A stretch of DNA of 64,000 nucleotides from an uncultured Candidatus Actinomarina sp. Lineage in GTDB: Bacteria > Actinomycetota > Acidimicrobiia > Actinomarinales > Actinomarinaceae. The stretch's first letter is position 1. Every line of letters begins with the position of its first letter. Location of the stretch: the NCBI GenBank assembly GCA_902582695.1, contig CACHTH010000005.1, forward strand, positions 4,955 to 68,954. Direction: 5' to 3'. A program made the position numbers and the translations under genes. The notes beneath the pieces are model-generated. The model worked only from the letters and a program-made list of their open reading frames with translations. It was not told the origin of the DNA and did not search any database. Positions 50,035 through 58,191 of this stretch are shown piece after piece.

Positions 50035-50460
50035 TAGTTACATGTTAACAGTAATTAACAAATAATGATATTTCTAAAATGCTGGGCAACCAACCGCGAA
50101 GGTCAATCCAAAAAAAAGTAACCAAATTACTGGTTCATATTTTCTTACAATCTTAGGGTCTTTTTGCATTATTAATATTTTACTATTTAATGTATAATAT
50201 CAGTAATATGATGTGTCCTTACGCTTACTTACTTGCTGGCTTTATGTGGTTTGTCCGCAATGGGGGAAAGTTTGTTTTAAGATCGTTTAATTTTAAAAGG
50301 CTTTCTAAATCAGGTAGCGTAAACTAATTTTCTCAACACAGTCAAATTTCTTAAACTTAAATCTGAATTCTATAAATTTTTAATTTTTTTTTAAATAAAT
50401 TAGCATTAACTTAAAATGTTAAGTAGTATTAACAAAGTAAATTTGAAATTTGAGGTAAAT

Positions 50461-51561
50461 GTGAATAAAAAATATATTTTAGTTTTAGTTGCTCTCACAA
50501 TAGTTTTATCGGCTTGTACTACTACAGCTGGTGAACGTGGTCCGGCTGGTGAACAAGGTCCAGCTGGAGAAGTCTCTCAAGAAGAAATTGAAGCTGCAGT
50601 TAATGCAGCATTAACCGAGGAAGAAGCAGAAGTAAGCGGGACGCTTGTCATCTATAGCGGAAGAAAAGAAAGTTTAGTATCAGAAATTATTGCTGAATTT
50701 GAATCTACTTCGGGGGTAACAGTCGAGGTAAGATATGCTAAAAGTGCGGAGTTAGCAGGAACTCTTAAACTTGAAGGCGCAATCAGTCCTGCTGATGTTT
50801 TCTTTTCTCAAGACCCAGTAAGTCTTGGAATTGTCGCCAAAGAAGGCCTGTTTGAGAGACTACCGGCTGATATTTTAGATAATGTTCCCGGCTGGGCTGT
50901 AGATAAAAATAATTACTGGGTGGGAACATCTGGTAGATCTAGAGCTCTAGTTGTTGATACTAGAGACGTTCAAGATTCGGAGTTGCCAAATGATATTTAT
51001 GGTCTTGCAGATGAAAAGTTTAGAAATCGATTAGGACTTGCTCCAACCAATTCTTCATTCATAGCAATGGTTGCTTGTATGGTTGAGTTGGACGGTGAAG
51101 AAAAAGTCTTAGAATGGCTAACCACCATAAATGGACTTGGATATGCTGAATATCCTAAAAACTCACCACAAGTTGCAGCTGCTGCAGCCGGTGAGCTAGA
51201 TATTGGAATGATTAATCACTATTACACATTGCGAGTGTTGGCTGAAAGCGGAAATGAGCCAATTAAGAATGTATATTTGGATGAAGGATGTGGAGCAATG
51301 GTTATGCCTGCTGGTGTTGGTATTTTGTCTTCAAGCCAAAATAAACCAGCAGCGTTAGCATTTATTGAATTCCTACATTCAAAAGCGGCTCAAGAAACAT
51401 TTACAAATACTGTTTACGAGTTCCCTCTTGTTACAGGTATTAAGCCTAATGCTTTGCTTCCAGACATTAATAGTTTGAACTCTCCTTCAAACCTAAATTG
51501 GTCAGCGTTATCTCTATGGCAGGAAAAAGCTGTAGAGTTGATTGCTCAGGCAGGATTTTGA
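50461..51561 (+). CDS. Fe(3+)-type ABC transporter substrate-binding lipoprotein (FbpA/AfuA-like)
   Basis: I chose GTG 50461 (VNKKYILVLVALTIVLSACTT, GAGG 5 nt upstream) over ATG 50416. LVIYSGRKESLVSEIIAEFESTSGVTVEVRY is typical of the family 1 iron-binding-protein N-terminus. Confidence 0.72.
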   Translation: MNKKYILVLVALTIVLSACTTTAGERGPAGEQGPAGEVSQEEIEAAVNAALTEEEAEVSGTLVIYSGRKESLVSEIIAEFESTSGVTVEVRYAKSAELAGTLKLEGAISPADVFFSQDPVSLGIVAKEGLFERLPADILDNVPGWAVDKNNYWVGTSGRSRALVVDTRDVQDSELPNDIYGLADEKFRNRLGLAPTNSSFIAMVACMVELDGEEKVLEWLTTINGLGYAEYPKNSPQVAAAAAGELDIGMINHYYTLRVLAESGNEPIKNVYLDEGCGAMVMPAGVGILSSSQNKPAALAFIEFLHSKAAQETFTNTVYEFPLVTGIKPNALLPDINSLNSPSNLNWSALSLWQEKAVELIAQAGF

Positions 51562-51590
51562 TTCTTCATTTAGTATCAAAATGAGTCAAA

Positions 51591-51626
51591 AATTCTGGCC
51601 AGGAAACTCTGGCCAGAATTTTTTTC
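51591..51626 (+). terminator. intrinsic terminator/attenuator hairpin after the binding-protein gene
   Basis: AATTCTGGCCAG-GAAACT-CTGGCCAGAATT is a perfect 12-bp stem running into a T-run (TTTTTTTCTTTT). Confidence 0.8.
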
Positions 51627-51662
51627 TTTTAATAACTGTAATTTTTATTTATCCTTAATAGA

Positions 51663-53219
51663 GTGAAGGCACCAAAACCTCTGATAGTAACAAATACTTT
51701 TATTTTAATTTTATTTTTGATGCCTATTTTTTATATGTTTTGGCGTTTTGCAAATTTTTCAAAAAATTTGTCTGAATTTTTACAATCATGGGATGTTCTT
51801 ACATTATTTTTGAATACAATATTTTTATTTATTGCAGTAATTCTTACAAGCCTATTTTTAGGTTTATTAATTTCTATTCTTATTGTTCGATATGAAATTC
51901 CTGCTTCTAAGTTATTGTTTACTCTTACAATTTTACCTTTAGTAATACCGTCTTACATAGGTGCTTTAACATATGTTTCAGCATTTTCACCAAGGGGATT
52001 ATTTGTAGATATTTTTTCAAGTTTTGGGATAAATGAAATATCTGGAATTGATGGTTTTATTGGAAGCTGGATTGTACTTACTTTGTTTACTTATCCATAT
52101 GTTCAATTAATTTGCAGTAGTGCACTTAGAAATTTAGATTCAACAGTTGAAGATGCTGCTAGGTCACTTGGAGTTAAAAAAATAAAGATGTATAGCAGTA
52201 TTGTTTTACCAAGATTAAAAAAACCTATTATTTATTCATCTCTTTTAGTTGGATTGTATGTAATTTCTGATTTTGGTGCTGTTTCTTTAATGAAATATGG
52301 AACATTAACAAAGGCAATTTACTCTTATTACACAATAAATATAAATGGTGATCCTGTAATTTTTTATTCGACCTTGTTGATATTTATTGCTTTAATAATC
52401 AGTTTTGCTCAAAGGGGAAGTGAATTAAGTAGGTCAGCTAAAGTTTCTGGAACACCAAGAGAAATTGTAAAAGCTAAATTGTCTCACAAAAATAAAGTTT
52501 TAGTTTTAGCATTTTTTGCTTTAGTTATTTTATTCAGTTTAGTTATACCAATAAGTGTTCTTTCCTATTGGTTAATTCGAGGTATGTCACAAGGCAATGC
52601 TGTTAATAACGTTCTATCAGGCGTAGTTGGATCACTAACAGCAGCTACTGTAACTTCAATATTTGCAATGATTATTGCTACTCCAATAGTTATAATGATT
52701 TCTCAATATAGATCAAAATTTGGTGATTTATTCGAAAAAGTAACCCTTACTTTATATGGGCTTCCTCATATTGCTGTAGGAATTTCAATGTTGTTTATAA
52801 CTATTAAAATTGTTCCAGCGATTTATCAAACTTTTACAACACTTATAATCTCATACTTAATAGTTTTTTTACCTCAAGCTGTTGGAGGAGGACAAGCGTC
52901 AATGGAACAAGTGAAACTATCCTATATTGAAGCAAGTTCTGGCCTTGGTTTTTCAAAGATGGAAACATTTATAAAAATTACATTTCCACTTATTTACAAA
53001 GGATTATTAGCTGGTGCAGCTTTAGTTTTTCTTTCAACAATGAAAGAGTTACCGCAAACCTTACTACTGCGTCCAACCGGCTTTAGCACTATGGCTGTTG
53101 ACATATGGTCTAACGCTTCTGAAGCTTTATTTACACAAGCAGCATTTTCTGCATTTATTTTGTTAGCAATTAGCGCACTTCCTACATATATACTTAGTAC
53201 TAGAAATTTAACAAACTAA
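51663..53219 (+). CDS. Fe(3+)-type ABC transporter permease (fused double domain, FbpB-like)
   Basis: GTG start. A 518-aa protein with about 12 TM helices and two EAA-type loops (VEDAARSLGVKK and IEASSGLGFSK). Confidence 0.8.
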   Translation: MKAPKPLIVTNTFILILFLMPIFYMFWRFANFSKNLSEFLQSWDVLTLFLNTIFLFIAVILTSLFLGLLISILIVRYEIPASKLLFTLTILPLVIPSYIGALTYVSAFSPRGLFVDIFSSFGINEISGIDGFIGSWIVLTLFTYPYVQLICSSALRNLDSTVEDAARSLGVKKIKMYSSIVLPRLKKPIIYSSLLVGLYVISDFGAVSLMKYGTLTKAIYSYYTININGDPVIFYSTLLIFIALIISFAQRGSELSRSAKVSGTPREIVKAKLSHKNKVLVLAFFALVILFSLVIPISVLSYWLIRGMSQGNAVNNVLSGVVGSLTAATVTSIFAMIIATPIVIMISQYRSKFGDLFEKVTLTLYGLPHIAVGISMLFITIKIVPAIYQTFTTLIISYLIVFLPQAVGGGQASMEQVKLSYIEASSGLGFSKMETFIKITFPLIYKGLLAGAALVFLSTMKELPQTLLLRPTGFSTMAVDIWSNASEALFTQAAFSAFILLAISALPTYILSTRNLTN

Positions 53220-54244
53220 TGGCATTTGAAAATTTAATTATACGAGCAAGATCAGTAACAAAGTCTTACGAAAAAGAGACTGTTTTGTCAGATTTTAATT
53301 TGGACGTTTGGAATGGATCAATTGTTGGCGTGTTGGGAATGTCAGGCTCAGGAAAAACTACTGCATTAAGATTAATTGCTGGATTTGAAAAACCAGACTC
53401 TGGTTTAATAGAAATGAGAAATCAAATCATTTCAAGCGATGAAGTTTTTGTACCTCCTGAAGATAGAAATGTTGGTATGGTTTTCCAAGACTATGCATTA
53501 TTTCCACATCTAGATGTTGAAAAAAATATATCTTTTGGACTTTCCAAAAATGAAATAAATGAAGGAAGATTAGAAGAAGTTTTAGAAATGTGTAATTTAG
53601 AAAATTATAAAAATAAATATCCTCAAGAACTATCTGGTGGTCAACAACAAAGAGTTGCACTTGCAAGGGCGATAGCTCCCGGTCCGGAAGTAATTCTTCT
53701 AGATGAGCCATTTACAAGCTTAGATGCACATATGGCCAGGGAATTAAGAGACGAAGTAGTTTATCTCTTAAGAAAAACTGAGACTACTGCGATAATTGTA
53801 ACTCATGATCAAGAGGAAGCATTGTCAGTGTGCGATGTAGTTAGTGTGTTAGAAAATGGAACAGTTATACAAAGCGCTACGCCGCAAGAAATTTATTTAA
53901 ATCCAGTTAGCCAAACTGTGGCGAACTCTGTAGGTGACCCCAATATATTAAAGGGCTACTCAGTTAACGGTAGAGTTGAGACATCTTTAGGAACTTTTGT
54001 ATCTGCTTATGATGGTGCTTTAGATGTATCAATTAGACCTGAGTGTATTGAACTCACTTTAGATTCAGACGGAAGTTACTTGGTTAAAGAATGTACCTTC
54101 TATGGCCATGATCAGGTAATATCATTCCAAAATAGTAAAGGTGAAGTTTTTAGAGCACGTTCTTTACCTAATACAATATTTGAATCTGGCGATAAGGTAA
54201 ATATAAATATTTCAGAGGTTACAACATTCCCCTCAAAGGCTTGA
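53219..54244 (+). CDS. Fe(3+)-type ABC transporter ATP-binding protein (FbpC-like)
   Basis: GMSGSGKTT, LSGGQQQRVALARA and ILLDEPFTSLD are present, plus a C-terminal TOBE-like domain. Length is 341 aa. Its start overlaps the permease stop (TAATG). Confidence 0.88.
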   Translation: MAFENLIIRARSVTKSYEKETVLSDFNLDVWNGSIVGVLGMSGSGKTTALRLIAGFEKPDSGLIEMRNQIISSDEVFVPPEDRNVGMVFQDYALFPHLDVEKNISFGLSKNEINEGRLEEVLEMCNLENYKNKYPQELSGGQQQRVALARAIAPGPEVILLDEPFTSLDAHMARELRDEVVYLLRKTETTAIIVTHDQEEALSVCDVVSVLENGTVIQSATPQEIYLNPVSQTVANSVGDPNILKGYSVNGRVETSLGTFVSAYDGALDVSIRPECIELTLDSDGSYLVKECTFYGHDQVISFQNSKGEVFRARSLPNTIFESGDKVNINISEVTTFPSKA

Positions 54245-54427
54245 TTTAATATAAGAAACTCTTCCTGCAAGAGATTGTAATTCAATTTCAAGTTCCGAAA
54301 GCTTTGAAGTAGCACGGGCATAATCTCCCTCTGCTATATATTCCCTAGAATTTGCAAGAGACTTAATTAATGTGTCCATATCAAAAATTAGTGATTCAAT
54401 TTCTGAAAAAATTAATTGTTTATCCAT
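54233..54427 (-). CDS. hypothetical 64-aa helical (coiled-coil-like) protein, divergent from the heliorhodopsin gene
   Basis: MDKQLIFSEIESLIFDMDTLIKSLANSREYIAEGDYARATSKLSELEIELQSLAGRVSYIKSSL. A 64-codon open frame is unlikely by chance in AT-rich DNA because stop codons are frequent. There is no Shine-Dalgarno sequence. Its 3' end overlaps fbpC by 12 nt (convergent). Confidence 0.5.
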   Translation of the reverse strand: MDKQLIFSEIESLIFDMDTLIKSLANSREYIAEGDYARATSKLSELEIELQSLAGRVSYIKSSL

Positions 54428-54480
54428 GATTTAATATTAATTAGAAAACTAAACTTAGCTTACTGATTTAAAGAGGGAGC

Positions 54481-55284
54481 ATGGAAACAAAAATTCAAAA
54501 ATTAAAAAAGTTTAACTTAATTATGGGAACAGTCCATCTTATTCAGGGAGGGCTTTTATTTTGGCTTGGAACAGTTGTTAATTCAGATTTTGTTGTTCCA
54601 ATAACCTTGACTCAACTTGTTGGAGTTGGCTCTCCTAATGATCCATCAAGCTTTGCTCTTGTTCCAGAATTAGAAATTTGGACAGAAGTTACAAATTTTG
54701 GTCCAGCAGTTGCAACTTTCTTACTTGCGTCAGCTGTCGCTCACTATTTAATTTCCGGTCCTTTTTATAAAAAGTACAAAGAAGACTTATCAAAAGGAAT
54801 AAATAAGGTCAGATGGATTGAATACTCTATAAGTGCATCAGTCATGATTGTTCTTATTGCACTTTTAGTTGGCATCTATGATATTTGGGCATTAGCTGGA
54901 ATATTTTTTATGAACGCAGCTATGTGTTGGTTTGGATGGATGATGGAAGTTCACAATCAGTACACAGAAAAAGTTGATTGGACAAGCTACATAATGGGTT
55001 GCCTAGTTGGTGTTGCCCCTTGGATTTTTATATTTATTAATCTAATAGGTGATGGGGTAGCAACTGACTCTAATCCCCAAGGAGTTCCACAATTTGTTGT
55101 TTGGATTTTTGTTAGTATATTTTTATTCTTTAATACCTTTTCAATAAATATGATTTTGCAATATAAGCAAGTAGGTAAATGGAAAGACTATCTATACGGT
55201 GAAAGAGCTTACATTTGGTTAAGCTTGCTTGCTAAGACTTGTCTTGCATGGCAAGTCTTTTTTGGAACATACCAACCGAATTAA
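54481..55284 (+). CDS. heliorhodopsin (7-TM retinal-binding protein, inverted topology family)
   Basis: A 267-aa protein with 7 TM helices. The blocks FNLIMGTVHLIQ, SAVAHYLIS, RWIEYSISASVMIVLIA, FLFFNTFS and GERAYIWLSLLAKTCLAWQVF match, from memory, heliorhodopsin 48C12 (…FNRIAGVFHLLQ…, …RWVEYSLSSSVMIVLIA…, …GERAYIVLSLVAKSALAWQIF…). Lys252 is the predicted Schiff-base lysine and Glu114 the predicted counterion. Confidence 0.87.
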   Translation: METKIQKLKKFNLIMGTVHLIQGGLLFWLGTVVNSDFVVPITLTQLVGVGSPNDPSSFALVPELEIWTEVTNFGPAVATFLLASAVAHYLISGPFYKKYKEDLSKGINKVRWIEYSISASVMIVLIALLVGIYDIWALAGIFFMNAAMCWFGWMMEVHNQYTEKVDWTSYIMGCLVGVAPWIFIFINLIGDGVATDSNPQGVPQFVVWIFVSIFLFFNTFSINMILQYKQVGKWKDYLYGERAYIWLSLLAKTCLAWQVFFGTYQPN

Positions 55285-55359
55285 ATACTTATTTAATTTT
55301 TTTTCCAAAAAATATAAGCAGGATAATTATTAAAAATAAACCAATATAAGAAAGCGCCA

Positions 55360-56154
55360 TTAGTTTTTAGATCTAAATTTTCTAAATCCTAATACTAGCA
55401 ACAACAACGGAACTGCAATTATTCCAAAAGATACTACAAAACCAATAATTGATTCAATCCAATTTAATGCTCTTTGAACATAATAATTCCATGAAAACAG
55501 CGATACTCCAGAACCCTCTCTAATATCTAATGTCAAAGATGAGTACGATACTGAATTTTCATAATATTCTTTTTGTCCTTCCAAAACTTGAATGTCTTGA
55601 TTTATGTAACGAAGTTGAGACTGCACTTGAAGCTTATCTGATGTCGATACAGCTTCTGCTTTAATTTCTTCAAGTGCTTCCTTCTCATCATTTAATGATT
55701 TCAATCTTGAATCTATATCAAGAACATATTTTGTTACATCATTTGCATTTAAATTTATGTTTGTAAACTTTGAAATATCCTCTACTGCCTTTAGAAAACT
55801 CTCAAAATCCTCAGCTGGAATATTCATAGTTAAGTTATAACTTTTAAGTCCTTGGTAATTTGTTGAAAGATACGTATTAGAAATATTTCCATTGAAATTC
55901 TTTACCAAGAGTTCTACTTCATCAATTGTATTTTCAAAATTAGATGAACTAACGTCTGTGCTTGCATAAGCAGTCTTAATGATATAGTCACCTTGTGAAA
56001 AAGAAGATTCTCTTGAGAAAGCTACTTCAGAAGTAGCCATATCTTCTACTCCTCCAAAATACGGCTCAGGAGCTCCCATTGTCATTTCACTGGACTGGGA
56101 ACAAAAAGAAAATGTTAACAGAAGAAGCAAAATTTTTAAATTTTTCACACTCAT
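55360..56154 (-). CDS. DUF4349-like lipoprotein with C-terminal TM anchor
   Basis: It has a signal plus lipobox (LLLLLTFSFCSQ). The central region NANDVTKYVLDIDSRLKSLNDEKEALEE resembles the DUF4349 pattern (DVT..y.D...RL). It has a C-terminal TM helix and a basic tail. Length is 264 aa. Confidence 0.6.
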   Translation of the reverse strand: MSVKNLKILLLLLTFSFCSQSSEMTMGAPEPYFGGVEDMATSEVAFSRESSFSQGDYIIKTAYASTDVSSSNFENTIDEVELLVKNFNGNISNTYLSTNYQGLKSYNLTMNIPAEDFESFLKAVEDISKFTNINLNANDVTKYVLDIDSRLKSLNDEKEALEEIKAEAVSTSDKLQVQSQLRYINQDIQVLEGQKEYYENSVSYSSLTLDIREGSGVSLFSWNYYVQRALNWIESIIGFVVSFGIIAVPLLLLVLGFRKFRSKN

Positions 56155-56166
56155 AGTATAAGTAAC

Positions 56167-57255
56167 TTAGAAGTTAGAGAATTCAATAATTGGAATTTTT
56201 AACTCCTCTTCGGATATTCCTCCATGGTAACCCTTTAATTTTGCCGAAAGATGTTTTGGATATACGATATTTTTATCTTCAACTAAAAAACAAAAATCAG
56301 GATAAATTGACTGCAAAAATTCATCTATTGGATCTCCTAGAAGATAAGACAAATCATGTTGCTCCAATAAAACACCTGGTATTTCAGAAAAAGTTTCTAA
56401 AACATTTTCTTTAGCCCCATTTATATAAACTGAACGTTGGTCTCCGTATATTTGTAGGTCATCACCATAATTCAAATGATGACGAAATTCATCGTTAATA
56501 TTTACAAGACCGTGATCAGCAGAAATTATTGTTTTTGTTTTTTTGTTACTAATATTTGAAATCTCATTAACCAATTTTTCAAATTTAGTTATTTCAATTT
56601 GCCACTCATCTGAATTCACTCCAAATATATGGGCTGTAACGTCAATTAATGGATAGTAGATAAAATTAAACCTATTTTCTAAAATCGAAGAATCTGATAA
56701 CAACTCTAAAAGACTTTGTGCATCATCATAAGGAATAGTATTCGATTGCTCATACAAAAAATTTGATAGTGGACTTCCAACCAAGTTTCTAGGTTGAAAA
56801 TTCGAAGCATAAATTTTGTTGTCTTTAAAAATTTTCCAAATTGAACTTTGTTTTTGATAATAATTATTTGATAATAAATTTTTATTATCCTCATTCCAAT
56901 TTAAAGCATTTATGATGCCATATTTTGATTTGTCATACATGTAATATCCTATCAAACCATGTTCAATTGGATTCTTTATGAAGGATATTGATGATAAGGC
57001 AACGTTAGTTGATGAAGGAAATGTTGTATTAATAGATTGAGTAACGTTCTTATTCAATGAAGAATCTGTACTGCTTAGATTTTTATAACCCAGACCATCA
57101 GCCAGTATGAAGTTTATAGTATCTGCTTCGTAAAGGTCTTGTGACAAAAGTTCAAATCTTGTATCTATTTCAACTTTGTCACGAACTACTGCTTTAAATA
57201 TTTCTTTCGAAAGATCTATTAGGTTAGGTTCTTGTAAAAAATTTTTATTAATCAC
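56167..57255 (-). CDS. alkaline-phosphatase-superfamily metalloenzyme (nucleotide pyrophosphatase/phosphodiesterase-like)
   Basis: The AP-superfamily motif set appears in order: ILADGLG (metal Asp), TTFPSST (nucleophile region), IDVTAH, ISADHGL and KGYHGG. Length is 362 aa with no signal peptide. Confidence 0.72.
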   Translation of the reverse strand: MINKNFLQEPNLIDLSKEIFKAVVRDKVEIDTRFELLSQDLYEADTINFILADGLGYKNLSSTDSSLNKNVTQSINTTFPSSTNVALSSISFIKNPIEHGLIGYYMYDKSKYGIINALNWNEDNKNLLSNNYYQKQSSIWKIFKDNKIYASNFQPRNLVGSPLSNFLYEQSNTIPYDDAQSLLELLSDSSILENRFNFIYYPLIDVTAHIFGVNSDEWQIEITKFEKLVNEISNISNKKTKTIISADHGLVNINDEFRHHLNYGDDLQIYGDQRSVYINGAKENVLETFSEIPGVLLEQHDLSYLLGDPIDEFLQSIYPDFCFLVEDKNIVYPKHLSAKLKGYHGGISEEELKIPIIEFSNF

Positions 57256-57336
57256 TTATAAAAAATCTTACAAAAAAATTACACTGAAGTTTGAGAAAAA
57301 ACTAAACTTTTTAGAGGTTTAACTAAACTATAAATT

Positions 57337-57705
57337 ATGATTTCTTATTTTCAAGATTACGTGACCATAGGAGCAGTACTAGGTTTTGGCCTCTTTCTTG
57401 TCGTATTGCTTCTTGGAGTAGCTTCAGTACTAAGACCAAACAAGCCTTACGAAGAAAAGTTGCAAACTTATGAATGTGGTGTTGATCCAGTTGGAACTGG
57501 ATGGAGTCAAACATACGTAAGGTATTATATATTTGGCTTGCTTTTCGTAATATTTGATGTCGAAGCGGTCTTCATATTTCCATGGGCTATCAACCTAGAA
57601 AAACTTGGCTACTTTGGCTTAATTGAAATGTTTGTTTTTATATTTATTTTGTTAATTGGACTTATATACGCAATAAGAAAGGATGTCTTAAAATGGGAGT
57701 CATAG
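57337..57705 (+). CDS. nuoA: NDH-1-type complex subunit A, second copy
   Basis: A 3-TM protein with QTYECGVDP. Length is 122 aa. It is the first gene of a second nuo-like operon. Confidence 0.88.
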   Translation: MISYFQDYVTIGAVLGFGLFLVVLLLGVASVLRPNKPYEEKLQTYECGVDPVGTGWSQTYVRYYIFGLLFVIFDVEAVFIFPWAINLEKLGYFGLIEMFVFIFILLIGLIYAIRKDVLKWES

Positions 57706-58190
57706 ATAAATTCGGCCTACCAAAACCTATATCCTCAGTATTCAACTGGGCCAGATCATACTCGCTATGGTACTTTCAATTTGGATTAGCATGTTGCGCT
57801 ATTGAGGTTATGGCTGTAAGCGGACCAAGACATGATTTTATGAGGTTAGGAGTTATTCCACTTCCAGCATCTCCACGTCAGGCGGATTTTATGATTGTTG
57901 CAGGAACAGTAACAGATAAAATGGCTCCTTCTGTGAAAAGGCTTTATGACCAAATGCCAGAGCCAAAATATGTTATTTCAATGGGATCTTGTTCTAATAG
58001 TGGTGGACCTTATTGGGACTCTTACTCAGTCACCAAGGGAGTAGATCAATTAATCCCTGTTGATGTTTATGTTCCCGGTTGTCCACCAAGACCTGAGGCA
58101 TTGCAGGAAGGAATTATTCTTCTACAGAAAAAAATTCGCGGAGAAGACATGAAAGAGAAGTGGTTAGAAGTTCAAACTGAGCCAATTTAA
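57693..58190 (+). CDS. nuoB: NDH-1-type complex subunit B, second copy
   Basis: [39 protein letters not shown] and [11 protein letters not shown] are present, so all four N2 cysteines are there. Length is 165 aa. Confidence 0.92.
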   Translation: MGVIDKFGLPKPISSVFNWARSYSLWYFQFGLACCAIEVMAVSGPRHDFMRLGVIPLPASPRQADFMIVAGTVTDKMAPSVKRLYDQMPEPKYVISMGSCSNSGGPYWDSYSVTKGVDQLIPVDVYVPGCPPRPEALQEGIILLQKKIRGEDMKEKWLEVQTEPI

Positions 58191-58191
58191 A

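Noticed and set aside
54481-55284. The 7-TM ORF considered as a type-1 microbial rhodopsin (proteorhodopsin or actinorhodopsin pump).
   Set aside because: There is no type-1 helix-C motif context (DTE/DTD/NDQ) and no type-1 helix-G DxxxK-like block. Instead the heliorhodopsin-specific blocks RWIEYS and GERAY…SLLAK are present.
57256-57336. A Rex operator in front of the second nuo operon.
   Set aside because: No TTGTGAA…TTCACAA-like palindrome is visible. Only the AACTAAACT direct repeats are present.
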